A model generated the notes under the pieces. That model was not told the DNA's origin. It saw nothing but the letters and a program-made list of their open reading frames with translations, and did not search any database. The translations under genes and the position numbers were made by a program. From Thermoplasmata archaeon (GTDB lineage: Archaea > Thermoplasmatota > Thermoplasmata > Lutacidiplasmatales > UBA184), in assembly GCA_035502455.1 (NCBI GenBank), contig DATJUI010000014.1, forward strand, positions 6,365-70,364: a stretch of DNA of 64,000 nt, written 5' to 3'. Below are positions 1 through 9,806 of this stretch, in pieces; the stretch's first letter is position 1, and every line of letters begins with the position of its first letter.

Positions 1-38
1 TTGTGCACGCGCGAACGCGCGGGCGGGAACGTACGAAG

Positions 39-557
39 ATGTCCGTCACGACGGGAGCGTCCCGGTCACGCCTCCAGAGCCCTGCGACGATCATCCCCGA
101 GGCGATGGCTCCCCTCCAGGCGCTGGGGCAGCTCCTGGACCAGCTCAAGGGCGACCCCGCCCGGGCCCTCTCCCTCGCCATGCTTCGGGCGAGCCAGCTC
201 AACGGGTGCGCCCTGTGCCTCGACGGAAGCTGCCGCGTCCTGCGGGCGGCGGGGGAGACCGAGGAGCGTCTGCTCGCGGTGTCGGCGTGGCACGAGTCGA
301 CGCGGTTCACGGCGCCCGAGCGGGCCGCGCTCGCGCTGGCGGAGTCGATGACGCGGCTCAGCGACCGCTCCGACCCCGTGCCCGACGCGGTCTGGGACGA
401 GGCCGCCCGGCAGTTCGCGGAGCGCGAGCTCGCCTTCCTCGTGCTCGGGATCGCCACGATCAACCTCTACAACCGGATCAACGTCACGACCCGACAGGTC
501 GCGGCCGAGTGGGACGACGAGGCGGCGAAGCAGTGGGCCGCCCGGCGGGCGGCCTGA
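39..557 (+). CDS. Carboxymuconolactone decarboxylase / AhpD-like family protein
   Basis: RASQLNGCALCLDG (CxxC) and LALAESMTRL...VPDAVWDEAARQF are typical of CMD/AhpD proteins; ATG at 39. Confidence 0.85.
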   Translation: MSVTTGASRSRLQSPATIIPEAMAPLQALGQLLDQLKGDPARALSLAMLRASQLNGCALCLDGSCRVLRAAGETEERLLAVSAWHESTRFTAPERAALALAESMTRLSDRSDPVPDAVWDEAARQFAERELAFLVLGIATINLYNRINVTTRQVAAEWDDEAAKQWAARRAA

Positions 558-756
558 CCGGCGCGGGGCGGGCCACCGGACCGGCGGTCCCGAGGGAGGT
601 CCCCCTCGCCGACCCCGCCCGTCCGACGCTCCCGCGCGGCTCAGGATATATATACGCCCTCGGCTCGGAGGCGGGGGAATGAGGAACACCTGTCTCTCCG
701 ATCGCGTGACGAGAACAGCGACGAGCTGACCCCCCGCCCGTTCGGTCCGTAGCAGC

Positions 757-1671
757 ATGGTCGAGCGCACCCCGTCCCGTTGGACGCCCGTGATCCTCGT
801 CGTCGTCGTCCTGATCGTCGCCGGCGCCGGCGCGGGCGTCGTCTACTACCTCGCCCACCCGGGGGCGACCGGTCCCCTCGCCTCCGTCGCGGTCGGGAGC
901 AACGTGACCGTGAACTACATCGGCTCGTTCGGCGCGGGACCGCAGCAGGGTCGCGTCTTCGACACGTCGTACGAGAGCGTCGCCCTCAACAACCTCACCT
1001 ATCCGAAGGCGCTCGAGTTCACCCTCCGGTCCCCGCTCTCCGAGTACTCGCCCCTCGGCGTCCACGTCGGCGCCCTCGCGCCGAGCAGCGGCTACACGAT
1101 CGACAACATCACCTTCGGGACCGTCGTCACGGGGTTCTGGCAGGGACTGCTCGGGATGACCGTCGGCTCGACCCGGACGATCACCATCCCGCCGAACCTC
1201 GGCTACGGGCCGCTCGTCCCGAGCTGCCTCGTGTCGATGCCGCTCACGGTCACCGCACCGGTGGTGACGACCGTCCCCGCCGCGAACTTCTCGGCCCTCT
1301 ACCCGAACGTCACGGCGCAACCCGGGACGGTGTTCGCCGCCGCCCCGTACAACTGGACCGCGCTCGTCCTCAACGCGAACGCGACCGGGGTGACGGTCGA
1401 AGCCCTGCCGACCCTGGGAGAGTCGGTGACGGTGCAGGGGATCCCCGCGCGCGTCTCGGGGATCTCGTCGACGACGATCACCGTCTCGCTCGAGCTCACG
1501 GCGGCGGACGCGGGGCTGGTCCTCGGTCAGGCCACGACGAGCGTCTGCGGCACCTCGCAGTTCATCGTCTCGTCGGTCAGCCCGTCGACCGGGAACTTCA
1601 CGGCGAACTTCAACTCCGAGGTCGTCGGGGCGACGCTCCAGTTCACCGTGTCGCTCGTCCAGTTCTACTGA
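757..1671 (+). CDS. Membrane-anchored FKBP-type peptidyl-prolyl isomerase (long type with insert)
   Basis: N-terminal TM helix; FKBP motifs VTVNYIG, VFDTS, VVTGFWQGLLGMTVGSTRTITIPPNLGYG, GATLQFTV. Confidence 0.8.
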   Translation: MVERTPSRWTPVILVVVVLIVAGAGAGVVYYLAHPGATGPLASVAVGSNVTVNYIGSFGAGPQQGRVFDTSYESVALNNLTYPKALEFTLRSPLSEYSPLGVHVGALAPSSGYTIDNITFGTVVTGFWQGLLGMTVGSTRTITIPPNLGYGPLVPSCLVSMPLTVTAPVVTTVPAANFSALYPNVTAQPGTVFAAAPYNWTALVLNANATGVTVEALPTLGESVTVQGIPARVSGISSTTITVSLELTAADAGLVLGQATTSVCGTSQFIVSSVSPSTGNFTANFNSEVVGATLQFTVSLVQFY

Positions 1672-1681
1672 GCGACCGGCG

Positions 1682-2584
1682 CTACCCGCCGAGCGTGATC
1701 TTCCCGCGCTTTAGCAGCTCTTCGAGCTGGGCGTCGGCCGCCTGCGCCAGCACATCCTCGGGCACGCCGCCCTTGCGGGGGGAGTACGCCCGCATCGTCC
1801 GTCGGGTCTCGTCGCGCCGGGCGCGGGCCGCGCCGACGATCTTGCGCCCCTCGGCCTCGAGCTCGCGCATCTGCTGCTCGAGCCCCTCGATCTCCGCGAT
1901 GACCGCCGCCCGCTCCTTGCCCTTCGCGCGCAGGTCCGCGACCACGCCGCCCGCGGCCTCGAGGGTCGAGCGGATCCGGCCCATCTTCTCGTCGCGCTCG
2001 CCCTTCGCCTTCGCGAACTCGTCACCCAGCCGGGCGACCTCGGCCCGCGCCGCGCCGACCTTCGCCTCCGCGTCGCGGCGGAGGCGTTCGTGCTCCGCGA
2101 CGACCGCGACGCGCGACTCCACCTCCTTCAGCTCCTTCGTCCGCGCGCGCAGCTGCGCGATCAGCGCGTTCTCCTCCTCCAGCGTCAGCGCCCGCGTCTG
2201 CTGCCGCAGCTCGAGCGCGGCGATCTCCCGGCGCAGCTGTTCGGGGTGGACCCGATCGCCGGGCGGGAAGGTGAGGCGCAGCTCCCGCAGGGCGATGACC
2301 GCCGCGTCGAGCGCCCGACGCGCCGCCTCGCGCTGCCCGCGGATCTCCGCGAGCCGCTTGCCGAGCGCCCCGTGCTCGTCGTACAGGCGCTCGACCTCCA
2401 CCTGGGGCGCCTGGCGCCGGTCGTAGAGCGCCTTCTGCTCCGCGAACAGCTGCCGGGCGACGGAGATCCGCTCCTCGCGCTTGCGGTCGAGCGCGGCGAG
2501 GCGCCCGTCGATCGCGCGGAGCCGTTCCCGGTCCTCCCGCTCCTTCCGCTCGTCCTCGTCGGACAGCACGGGCCTGGGTGGCAC
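1682..2584 (-). CDS. Archaeal coiled-coil protein (COG1340-like)
   Basis: E/R/K/A-rich heptads; LELRQQTRALTLEEENALI; C-terminal LKRGKITLGG typical of this family. Confidence 0.65.
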   Translation of the reverse strand: MPPRPVLSDEDERKEREDRERLRAIDGRLAALDRKREERISVARQLFAEQKALYDRRQAPQVEVERLYDEHGALGKRLAEIRGQREAARRALDAAVIALRELRLTFPPGDRVHPEQLRREIAALELRQQTRALTLEEENALIAQLRARTKELKEVESRVAVVAEHERLRRDAEAKVGAARAEVARLGDEFAKAKGERDEKMGRIRSTLEAAGGVVADLRAKGKERAAVIAEIEGLEQQMRELEAEGRKIVGAARARRDETRRTMRAYSPRKGGVPEDVLAQAADAQLEELLKRGKITLGG

Positions 2585-2619
2585 GGGCGGTCGAGGCGCC
2601 GAAGGTCACAAAAGCCCTT

Positions 2620-3417
2620 CTAGGGGCGGACCCGAGCAGAGGGGCGCCGCGGGCGGCCCGCGGGCCGGCGCGTCCGGCGGGAGCCACCGCGGACCGCGAA
2701 CCGCTGGGCGGCGAAGAGGGCCGCCGGGACGGCCGCGTCGATGTTCACCACGGCCAGTGGCGCGCACGACTGGAGCATCGCCGAGAGGGCCGCTTCTCCG
2801 CGCCCCCCGCGGCCGTAGCCGATCGACGTCGGGACCCCGATGACCGGCGCGGGGACGAGGCCCGCCACGACCGTCGGCAACGCCCCCTCCCGACCCGCGA
2901 ACACGAGGTAGACCTGGGGGGACGACCGCTCGAGCTGCCGTACGGCCCGCAGCAGCCGATGGAGCCCGGCCACCCCGACGTCGAACGCCCGAACGGTCGC
3001 GATGCCGAGCTCGGCGAGCACGGCCCCCGCCTCCTCGGCGAGCGGGACGTCGCTCGTCCCCGCGGTCACGAGCGCGACGACGCCCGGTCGGTACTCGACC
3101 CCGAGCGGACCGGCGAGCCGGACGAGCCGCCCGCCGGCCCGCTCGTCGAGCCGGATCCCCCGGCGTCGCTCCGTCGCGAACGCGCGGCGCTGGACGGGCG
3201 TCGGGCGGGAGATGAGCGCCCCGTGCCCCCGCGCCGCGAGGGCGCGGACGATCCCCACGAGGTGGGCCACGCTCTTCCCCTCGGCGAGGACCACCTCGGG
3301 GACGCCGACGCGGTCCGGGCGGCTCGCATCGAGCCGCGCGTAGTGCCGGACCCGCAGCTCCGCGCCGCGGGCCACGGGGACCGGCCGCCGTCGGGACGCC
3401 GCCATCAGCTGCGTCAC
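2620..3417 (-). CDS. larB: Nickel-pincer cofactor biosynthesis protein LarB (PurE-like)
   Basis: PEVVLAEGKS, TAGTSDVPLAEEA, DVGVAGLHRL, AGREGALPTVVAGL, PVIGVPTSIGYG, VVNID. Confidence 0.9.
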   Translation of the reverse strand: MTQLMAASRRRPVPVARGAELRVRHYARLDASRPDRVGVPEVVLAEGKSVAHLVGIVRALAARGHGALISRPTPVQRRAFATERRRGIRLDERAGGRLVRLAGPLGVEYRPGVVALVTAGTSDVPLAEEAGAVLAELGIATVRAFDVGVAGLHRLLRAVRQLERSSPQVYLVFAGREGALPTVVAGLVPAPVIGVPTSIGYGRGGRGEAALSAMLQSCAPLAVVNIDAAVPAALFAAQRFAVRGGSRRTRRPAGRPRRPSARVRP

Positions 3418-3467
3418 CCAAGCCGTGATATAGCGGGTGCTTGTGGTGCGCCCGCCTCCGCGTCCCG

Positions 3468-4616
3468 ATGCCGGATTTCTCGTTGACCCCGGAGCAGGAA
3501 AGCCTCCGCGACCTGGCCCGGAAGTTCGCGCGCACCGAGATGGCCCCGCACGCGGCGGAGTGCGATCGCACCGCCCGCTTCCCCGAGGAGATCTACCGCA
3601 AGGCCCACGCGCTCGGCCTCATGAACCTCAACGTTCCGACCGAGTTCGGCGGAAGCGGCCTCGGCGTCCTCGAGCAGTGCCTCATCGTGGAGGAGCTCGC
3701 GTACGCGTGCGGGGGCATGACCACCTCGATCATCGCGAACTGCCTGGCCCTCGAGCCGATCCTCTTGGCCGGCACCCCGGAGCAGCAGGGACGGTTCCTG
3801 AACGACTTCTGCGCCGCGTACCACCTCGCCTCGTTCTGCCTCACCGAGCCGACCGGGGGGAGCGACGCGGCGGCCCTGCGCACGCGAGCGCGCCGCGACG
3901 GCGACCACTACGTGCTCGACGGCGAGAAGTGCTTCATCACGAACGCCCCGCACGCGGCCCTCTACACGGTCTTCGCGACCACCGACCCCGCGTTGCGGGC
4001 GAAGGGGATCGCCGCGTTCGTCGTGCCTCGGGACGCGCCCGGGGTGCTGCCGGGGAAGGACGAGGAGAAGATGGGGCACCGCGCGTCGTCGACCAGCACG
4101 GTGCGGTTCGAGGGCGTCCGCGTACCGGTCGCCGATCGGCTCGGGGCCGAGGGCGAGGGGTTCTCGATCGCCATGCGGACCCTCGACCAGACCCGGACGC
4201 CCATCGGCGCCCTCGCGACGGGGATCGCCCAGGCCGCGCTCGACCACGCGGCGGCGTACTCGCTCAAACGGGTCACGTTCGGCAAGCCGATCGCGGAGCA
4301 CGAGGCGATCCAGATCAAGCTCGCCAACATGGCCCAGGCGGTCCGCGCCTCCCGGCTGCTCACCTGGCACGCGGCGTGGACGATCGACGGAGGCCGGAAG
4401 GGGACGCTCGAGTCGTCGATCGCGAAGTGCTTCGCGTCCGACTCCGCGCTGCGCGTCGCGGACGAGGCGATCCAGACGTTCGGGGGATACGGCTACATGC
4501 GCGAGTACCCCGTGGAGAAGCTGCTGCGCGATGCGAAGCTCACCCAGATCTACGAGGGCGCGAACGAGATCCAGCGCGGCGTGATCGCGCGGGAACTGCT
4601 GCGGGACTACGCCTGA
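3468..4616 (+). CDS. Acyl-CoA dehydrogenase
   Basis: [54 protein letters not shown]. Confidence 0.95.
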   Translation: MPDFSLTPEQESLRDLARKFARTEMAPHAAECDRTARFPEEIYRKAHALGLMNLNVPTEFGGSGLGVLEQCLIVEELAYACGGMTTSIIANCLALEPILLAGTPEQQGRFLNDFCAAYHLASFCLTEPTGGSDAAALRTRARRDGDHYVLDGEKCFITNAPHAALYTVFATTDPALRAKGIAAFVVPRDAPGVLPGKDEEKMGHRASSTSTVRFEGVRVPVADRLGAEGEGFSIAMRTLDQTRTPIGALATGIAQAALDHAAAYSLKRVTFGKPIAEHEAIQIKLANMAQAVRASRLLTWHAAWTIDGGRKGTLESSIAKCFASDSALRVADEAIQTFGGYGYMREYPVEKLLRDAKLTQIYEGANEIQRGVIARELLRDYA

Positions 4617-4629
4617 CCGGGGGTCCCGG

Positions 4630-5409
4630 ATGGAGATCGTCGTCTGCGTGAAACCGGTCCCGGAGGCGGAGACCCGGCTGCGGGTCGCGGGCTCCGGGCG
4701 CACCGTCGACACAGAGGGCGTGAAGTTCGTGCTCGCCGGCTACGACGAATCGGCCGTCGAGCAGGCCCTCTTGCTGAAGGAGTCGGTCCCCGGCGCCCGG
4801 GTGCGGGCGATCTCGTACGGTCCGCCGCCGCGGACCGAGGAGGTGCTGCGGGCGTGCCTCGCGCTCGGGTGCGACGCGGCGACGTGGGTGGAGGGCCCGA
4901 CGGACGGGTCGGGCGACCCGGTCGCGGCCGCCCGGGCGGTGGCCGCGACGATCCGCGGGGCGCCCGCCGATCTCGTGCTGTGCGGAAAGCAGGCGGGCGA
5001 CGACGAAGAGGGGCTGTTCGCGTCCGCGCTCGGCGAGCTCCTCGGCGCGCCGGACTTCGGACTCGTGGTCGACCTGCGCTACGACCCGGCGACCGGACGG
5101 ATCACGTTCCAGCGGCCGACCGAGTCCGGCCAGGAGCGCTGGGAGTCGCCGCTGCCGTGCGTCGTGGGCCTGCAGCAGGCCTGGAACGATCCGCGCACCG
5201 CGAAGCTGCCCAACATCCTCAGGTCGCGGAAGGCCCCGATCGCGAAGGCCGTGGGCCCGCCCGAGGGCGACGCCCCGGTCGGGACCCCGGTCCGATTCGA
5301 GCTGCCCCCGCCCCGCACGGGCGCGAAGATGATCGAGTACCGCACGCCCGCCGAAGCGGCCGAGAAGCTCGTGCAACTGCTCCGCGAGGAGGCGAAGGTC
5401 TTCCCGTGA
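4630..5409 (+). CDS. etfB: Electron transfer flavoprotein beta subunit
   Basis: [37 protein letters not shown]. Confidence 0.92.
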   Translation: MEIVVCVKPVPEAETRLRVAGSGRTVDTEGVKFVLAGYDESAVEQALLLKESVPGARVRAISYGPPPRTEEVLRACLALGCDAATWVEGPTDGSGDPVAAARAVAATIRGAPADLVLCGKQAGDDEEGLFASALGELLGAPDFGLVVDLRYDPATGRITFQRPTESGQERWESPLPCVVGLQQAWNDPRTAKLPNILRSRKAPIAKAVGPPEGDAPVGTPVRFELPPPRTGAKMIEYRTPAEAAEKLVQLLREEAKVFP

Positions 5410-6392
5410 GCGGCGGCGTCCTCGTGGTCGCCCTCCCCGCCGAAGCCCCGGGAAGCGCGGCGCTCCGCGAGGCGGTCGGCGTCGCCCGCACCCTCGCGTC
5501 GGGGCGGCCGATCGAGGGGATCGCGCTCGGTTCGGCCGCCCGCGCCCAGGCCGAATCGCTGGCCCGGCTGGGCGTGGGCCGGGTCCACCTCGCCGAGGAG
5601 CCGAGCTGGGACGCCGCACCCGGCGGGGCGTGGGCCGTCGCGATCGCCGCCGCGTGGGACCGATCGGGGGCGGAGACGGTGGTGCTGCCCGGCTCGACGA
5701 CCGGCCGGGAGCTCGCGGGACGCCTCGCGGCGCGCGCCTCCGCCTCGGCCGCGACGGGCGTCACCCAGGTGGGCCGGAGCGCGGACGGGCTCGAGGTCCG
5801 GCGCCCCGTGTTCGGCGGGCGCGCCACCGAGACCCGGCGGCTCGCGGGCCCCCGCCAGGTGGTGGCGTTGCGCGCGCACGCGTTCCCGCCGGCCGAGGAG
5901 GCTCCCGTGCCGCTCGCGGCCGAGGCGATCGGCCCGGTGGAGGTGCCCGCGGCCGTCGCGGCCCCGCGCCGGCTCTCCGTCGTCGCCGCCGCCGCATCCA
6001 CCGGACCGGGCCTCGGCGACGCGGCGATCGTCGTCTCGGGCGGACGCGGCGTGCGCACCCCCGAGAACTTCGCCCTCGTGGAGGAGCTCGCCGCCGCGCT
6101 CGGCGCGGCGGTCGGGGCCTCCCGGGCCGTGACCGATGCCGGCTGGCGGCCGTCGACGTTCCAGGTCGGGCAGACCGGCCGGGCGGTCTCCCCGCAGCTG
6201 TACATCGCGATCGGGATCTCGGGCGCGATCCAGCACATCGTCGGCATGATCAGCTCCCGCGTGATCGTCGCGATCAACTCGGACGCGACGGCCCCGATCT
6301 TCAAGGTCGCCGACTACGGGATCGTGGGGGACCTCTTCCAGATCGTCCCGGCCCTCACCGCCGAGGTCCGTCGCGTGCGGGGACTCGGTTGA
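5406..6392 (+). CDS. etfA: Electron transfer flavoprotein alpha subunit
   Basis: GTGA overlap with etfB; [42 protein letters not shown]. Confidence 0.93.
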   Translation: MSGGVLVVALPAEAPGSAALREAVGVARTLASGRPIEGIALGSAARAQAESLARLGVGRVHLAEEPSWDAAPGGAWAVAIAAAWDRSGAETVVLPGSTTGRELAGRLAARASASAATGVTQVGRSADGLEVRRPVFGGRATETRRLAGPRQVVALRAHAFPPAEEAPVPLAAEAIGPVEVPAAVAAPRRLSVVAAAASTGPGLGDAAIVVSGGRGVRTPENFALVEELAAALGAAVGASRAVTDAGWRPSTFQVGQTGRAVSPQLYIAIGISGAIQHIVGMISSRVIVAINSDATAPIFKVADYGIVGDLFQIVPALTAEVRRVRGLG

Positions 6393-6407
6393 GCCCGATC
6401 CGCGCCG

Positions 6408-7709
6408 TCAGAGGTCCCGGACGAGGTCGATCCCGTCCCGGATCGCCGTGGTCGTCGAGATGCCGGCGGCGCGCTGCGCCGCCCGGAGCAGCCGGCGGAT
6501 CGGGACCTTCGGGCCGCCCGACTCCGTCATGAGCCCGTGGAACAGCTCGGCGGCGAACTTCGGGTACGCCGTGTAGAACCGCGGGTTCCACTTCACGTCG
6601 TCCATCCGGGCGAAGTCGCGGAAGTCGGGCAGCACGCTCGTCGCCTCGAGCCGGCGGTCGTACTCCGCGAGCCGAGCGGCCGACGCGTCGTGCGACGCCC
6701 GCGCGGCGAGGGCCGTCTCCGCCGCCTCGAGCCCGGTGCGCACCGCGTAGTTCATCCCCTGGATGACGAGCCCGTTCGAGAAGACGAAGCCGGCGGCATC
6801 CCCGGCGATCATCCAGCCGTCGCCGTGGAACGCGGCGGGTCGGCTCGCCCAGCCCGAGCTGATCAGCTTCGCCCCGTACTCGACGAGCTCGGCGCCCTTG
6901 AGCCGCGCGGCGATCGTCGGGTGCATCTTGAACCGCTCGATGAGATCGGGCGCGTAGACGTTGCGCCCGAACAGCGAGCGGAGGTTCACGATCAGCCCGA
7001 TCGAGAGGGAGTCCGCGTTCGTGTAGACGAAGCCGCCGCCCATCACGCCGGGCGGGAAGATCCCCGTCACCCACTCCTCGGCGTGCCCCTCGTGCGGTCC
7101 CACGTTGAACCGGTCCTCGATCGTGCCCGCATCGAGGGCGTAGACCTCCTTCATCCCGAGCTCGGTCGCGTCGGCGCTCAGGCGAGGCTCCGGCCGGATC
7201 GGGGTGCCGAGCGAGAGCCGGGAGTTCGCCCCGTCGGCGACGATCGTCACGGGCGCGGTCATCGTCTCCCCGCCCTGCTCGATGCCGTGGACCCGACGGC
7301 CCTCCCAGTGGAGCCGCTCGACCGGGACCGAGGCGACCACGGTCGCGCCGGCCTCCTCGGCCTTCTTCGCGAGCCAGGCGTCCGTCCGGGCCCGGAGGAC
7401 CGAGTGGGCGACGTACGGGGGCGTCCGCCAGCGGCCGTCCTCGAGGTCGAAGGCGACGGAGCTCTCCGGCGTGAGGAACCCGAAGCGCTTGCGGACGAGG
7501 TGGCGCTCGACCGGCATCTCCTCCCACCAGCGGGGCAGGATCCGGTCGAGGTCGTGCCCCCAGAGGATCCCGCCCGACAGGTTCTTCGCGCCCGGTTCGG
7601 CGCCGCGCTCGAGGAGCAGGACGTTCGCCCCGCCCTGGGCGAGCCGGACGGCGGCCGCGCAGCCGGCCATGCCGGCGCCGACCACGATGACGTCAAAGTC
7701 GTCGGCCAT
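6408..7709 (-). CDS. fixC: FixC-like FAD-dependent ETF:quinone oxidoreductase
   Basis: GAGMAG Rossmann motif, ERGAEPGAKNLSGG, GGGFVYTN, MIAGDAAG. Confidence 0.85.
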   Translation of the reverse strand: MADDFDVIVVGAGMAGCAAAVRLAQGGANVLLLERGAEPGAKNLSGGILWGHDLDRILPRWWEEMPVERHLVRKRFGFLTPESSVAFDLEDGRWRTPPYVAHSVLRARTDAWLAKKAEEAGATVVASVPVERLHWEGRRVHGIEQGGETMTAPVTIVADGANSRLSLGTPIRPEPRLSADATELGMKEVYALDAGTIEDRFNVGPHEGHAEEWVTGIFPPGVMGGGFVYTNADSLSIGLIVNLRSLFGRNVYAPDLIERFKMHPTIAARLKGAELVEYGAKLISSGWASRPAAFHGDGWMIAGDAAGFVFSNGLVIQGMNYAVRTGLEAAETALAARASHDASAARLAEYDRRLEATSVLPDFRDFARMDDVKWNPRFYTAYPKFAAELFHGLMTESGGPKVPIRRLLRAAQRAAGISTTTAIRDGIDLVRDL

Positions 7710-7757
7710 CGGTCCCGTGCGCGAGGCGGGACCGCGGATTTAACGGTGCGCGCGCCG

Positions 7758-8396
7758 CTACCGCGCGCTCATCTGCGACGCGTTCTCGATCAGCTTCTGG
7801 AAGCGGAACGGTTTCGGGATCCCCTTCCAGTCCTCGTTGCCGATCCGGCTGCCGCCCTCGGAGCTCACCCGGACCGTTCCGTAGCCGAGCAGGCGCTGCC
7901 CGAACGACTGGTGGACGTCGATCCCCCGGACCTGCGTCACGGGGATCTCGTCGAAGTCCTTGCCCAGGATCCCCTTCTGGACGATCACCCGGCGGTTCGT
8001 GACCGCGTAGACCGTCGAGATCCAGCGCAGGTACCGCACGAACGTCCGGATGACGCCGAGCAGGAAGAGGACCGCGAAGAACAGCGTCGTCCAGAGCGCC
8101 CACGTCGAACTCCCGACGTGGACCCATCCGGCGAGCGTGCCGAGCGCGTTCGTCCACGCGGCGAGCCCGGGCCAGCCGAAGTACGCGGCCGCGCTGAGGT
8201 ACGTCAGCACCCCCGTGATCAGCAGCCAGACGATCGGACCCGGGAAGTAGAACAGCTTGGTCGCGCGGGTCTCCTCGAGCAGGAACTCCTGGTCGCCGAG
8301 GAACGTCGCTTTCAGCAGTCGGGGCATCGGCCGAGGAGCGGCCGAGACGGTCGTCGCCGCCGGGGCGACGGGCGGGGGGGGCGTGGGGGCCGCCAT
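7758..8396 (-). CDS. Membrane protein with bacterial PH (bPH_2) domain
   Basis: Two TM segments then YAVTNRRVIVQKGIL...QRLLGYGTVRVSS; TATA-like tttatc about 28 nt upstream of ATG 8396. Confidence 0.8.
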   Translation of the reverse strand: MAAPTPPPPVAPAATTVSAAPRPMPRLLKATFLGDQEFLLEETRATKLFYFPGPIVWLLITGVLTYLSAAAYFGWPGLAAWTNALGTLAGWVHVGSSTWALWTTLFFAVLFLLGVIRTFVRYLRWISTVYAVTNRRVIVQKGILGKDFDEIPVTQVRGIDVHQSFGQRLLGYGTVRVSSEGGSRIGNEDWKGIPKPFRFQKLIENASQMSAR

Positions 8397-8488
8397 CGGG
8401 GTTCCCGGACCCCGCCCTGGGGATAAACTCATGTATCGAGCCGCCGCCGCGCCCCCGCCTTATATCGCGCGCTCCGTCTCGGCCGCCC

Positions 8489-9346
8489 GTGGGGATCACC
8501 GACTGCCACGTGCACATCAACCCGCTCGGGACGATGCATCCGGACACGGTCCGCCTCCTCGGATCCGTCGCCCCCGAGACGCGGGCGATGCTCGACGACC
8601 CGGCCCAGTTCCTCGCGTATCTCGACCGGTGCGGCGTCGCGCGGGCGGTCCTCGTGAACTACGTCGCCCCCGAGGTGATCGGATACACCGAGTCGACGAA
8701 CGACTTCGTGAGCCGCTACGCGGCCCACGACCCGGACCGGCTGATCGCCCTCGGCGGGATCCGCCCCGACCACCCGGCGCCCGCCCGCGAGATCCGGCGC
8801 CTGGCGCACGATCTCGGGATCCGGGGCCTGAAGCTGCACCCGCCCCACCAGCTGTTCCGGCCCGACGGCTACCGCGACGGTTCGGCCCCCGCGCTCCGCG
8901 AGGTCTACGCCACGTGCGAGTCGGAGGGCCTCCCGATCGTCTTCCACACCGGGACCTCGGTCTTCCCGCGCGCCCGCAACCGCTTCAGCGACCCGATGTT
9001 CGTGGAGGACGTCGCGATCGACTTTCCCGACCTCACGATCGTGCTCGCGCACGGCGGGCGCCCGATCTGGATGGAGACCGCGGTGTTCCTCGCGCGGCGG
9101 TTCCCGAACGTCTGGCTCGAGGTGTCGGGCGTGCCCCCGGCCCGGACGCTCGAGTACTTTCCGCACCTCGAGCGGGACGCGGCGAAGACCCTCTTCGGGA
9201 CCGACTGGCCGGGGCCGGGGGTGAAGGACATCCGGTCGAACCTCGACGCCTTCCGCTTGCTGCCGATCTCCGCGGAGGCGCGGCACCGGATCCTCGAGGA
9301 GAATCCGCAGCGGGTCTTCCCGCCGCGCACGGCCCCATTGAAATAG
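8489..9346 (+). CDS. Amidohydrolase family protein (Amidohydro_2)
   Basis: DCHVH, GLKLHP, FHTG, LAHGG, LFGTDWP. Confidence 0.9.
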   Translation: MGITDCHVHINPLGTMHPDTVRLLGSVAPETRAMLDDPAQFLAYLDRCGVARAVLVNYVAPEVIGYTESTNDFVSRYAAHDPDRLIALGGIRPDHPAPAREIRRLAHDLGIRGLKLHPPHQLFRPDGYRDGSAPALREVYATCESEGLPIVFHTGTSVFPRARNRFSDPMFVEDVAIDFPDLTIVLAHGGRPIWMETAVFLARRFPNVWLEVSGVPPARTLEYFPHLERDAAKTLFGTDWPGPGVKDIRSNLDAFRLLPISAEARHRILEENPQRVFPPRTAPLK

Positions 9347-9367
9347 TCGGTCCGGCTCCTGCGTCGC

Positions 9368-9799
9368 GTGCCCGCGACCCCGAACCCTCCGCCCGACCCC
9401 GGCGAGCCGGGACCGACCCCCGCGGAGGAGCCCGCGCCGACGGTCGAGGTCGTGGAGGGCGGCGAGGAGGTCGGACGGCTGCCGCTGCCCCGGCGCAATC
9501 GCGGCGAGGTGTTCGGGATCGCGAGCCAACTCCTCGGGGCGGCGCGGATCCGCGTGATGTGCGAGGACAACGTCTCGCGGATGGGCCGGATCACGGGGAA
9601 GATGAAGAAGAAGATGTGGATCCGGGAGGGCGACCTCCTGATCATCCGCCCGTGGGGGTTCCAGGAAGGGAAGGCGGACATCCTGTTCCGCTACAGCCGC
9701 ACCCAGTCGCAGTACCTCTCCCGGCGCAACCTCCTGCCCGCGTCGATGAACCTCTTCGCCACCCCGGACGCCCGCACCGACGCAACCCCCGCGACGTAG
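9368..9799 (+). CDS. eif1a: Translation initiation factor aIF-1A
   Basis: LLGAARIRVMCEDNVSRMGRITGKMKKKMWIREGDLLIIRPW. Confidence 0.95.
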   Translation: MPATPNPPPDPGEPGPTPAEEPAPTVEVVEGGEEVGRLPLPRRNRGEVFGIASQLLGAARIRVMCEDNVSRMGRITGKMKKKMWIREGDLLIIRPWGFQEGKADILFRYSRTQSQYLSRRNLLPASMNLFATPDARTDATPAT

Positions 9800-9806
9800 G
9801 AGCGCC

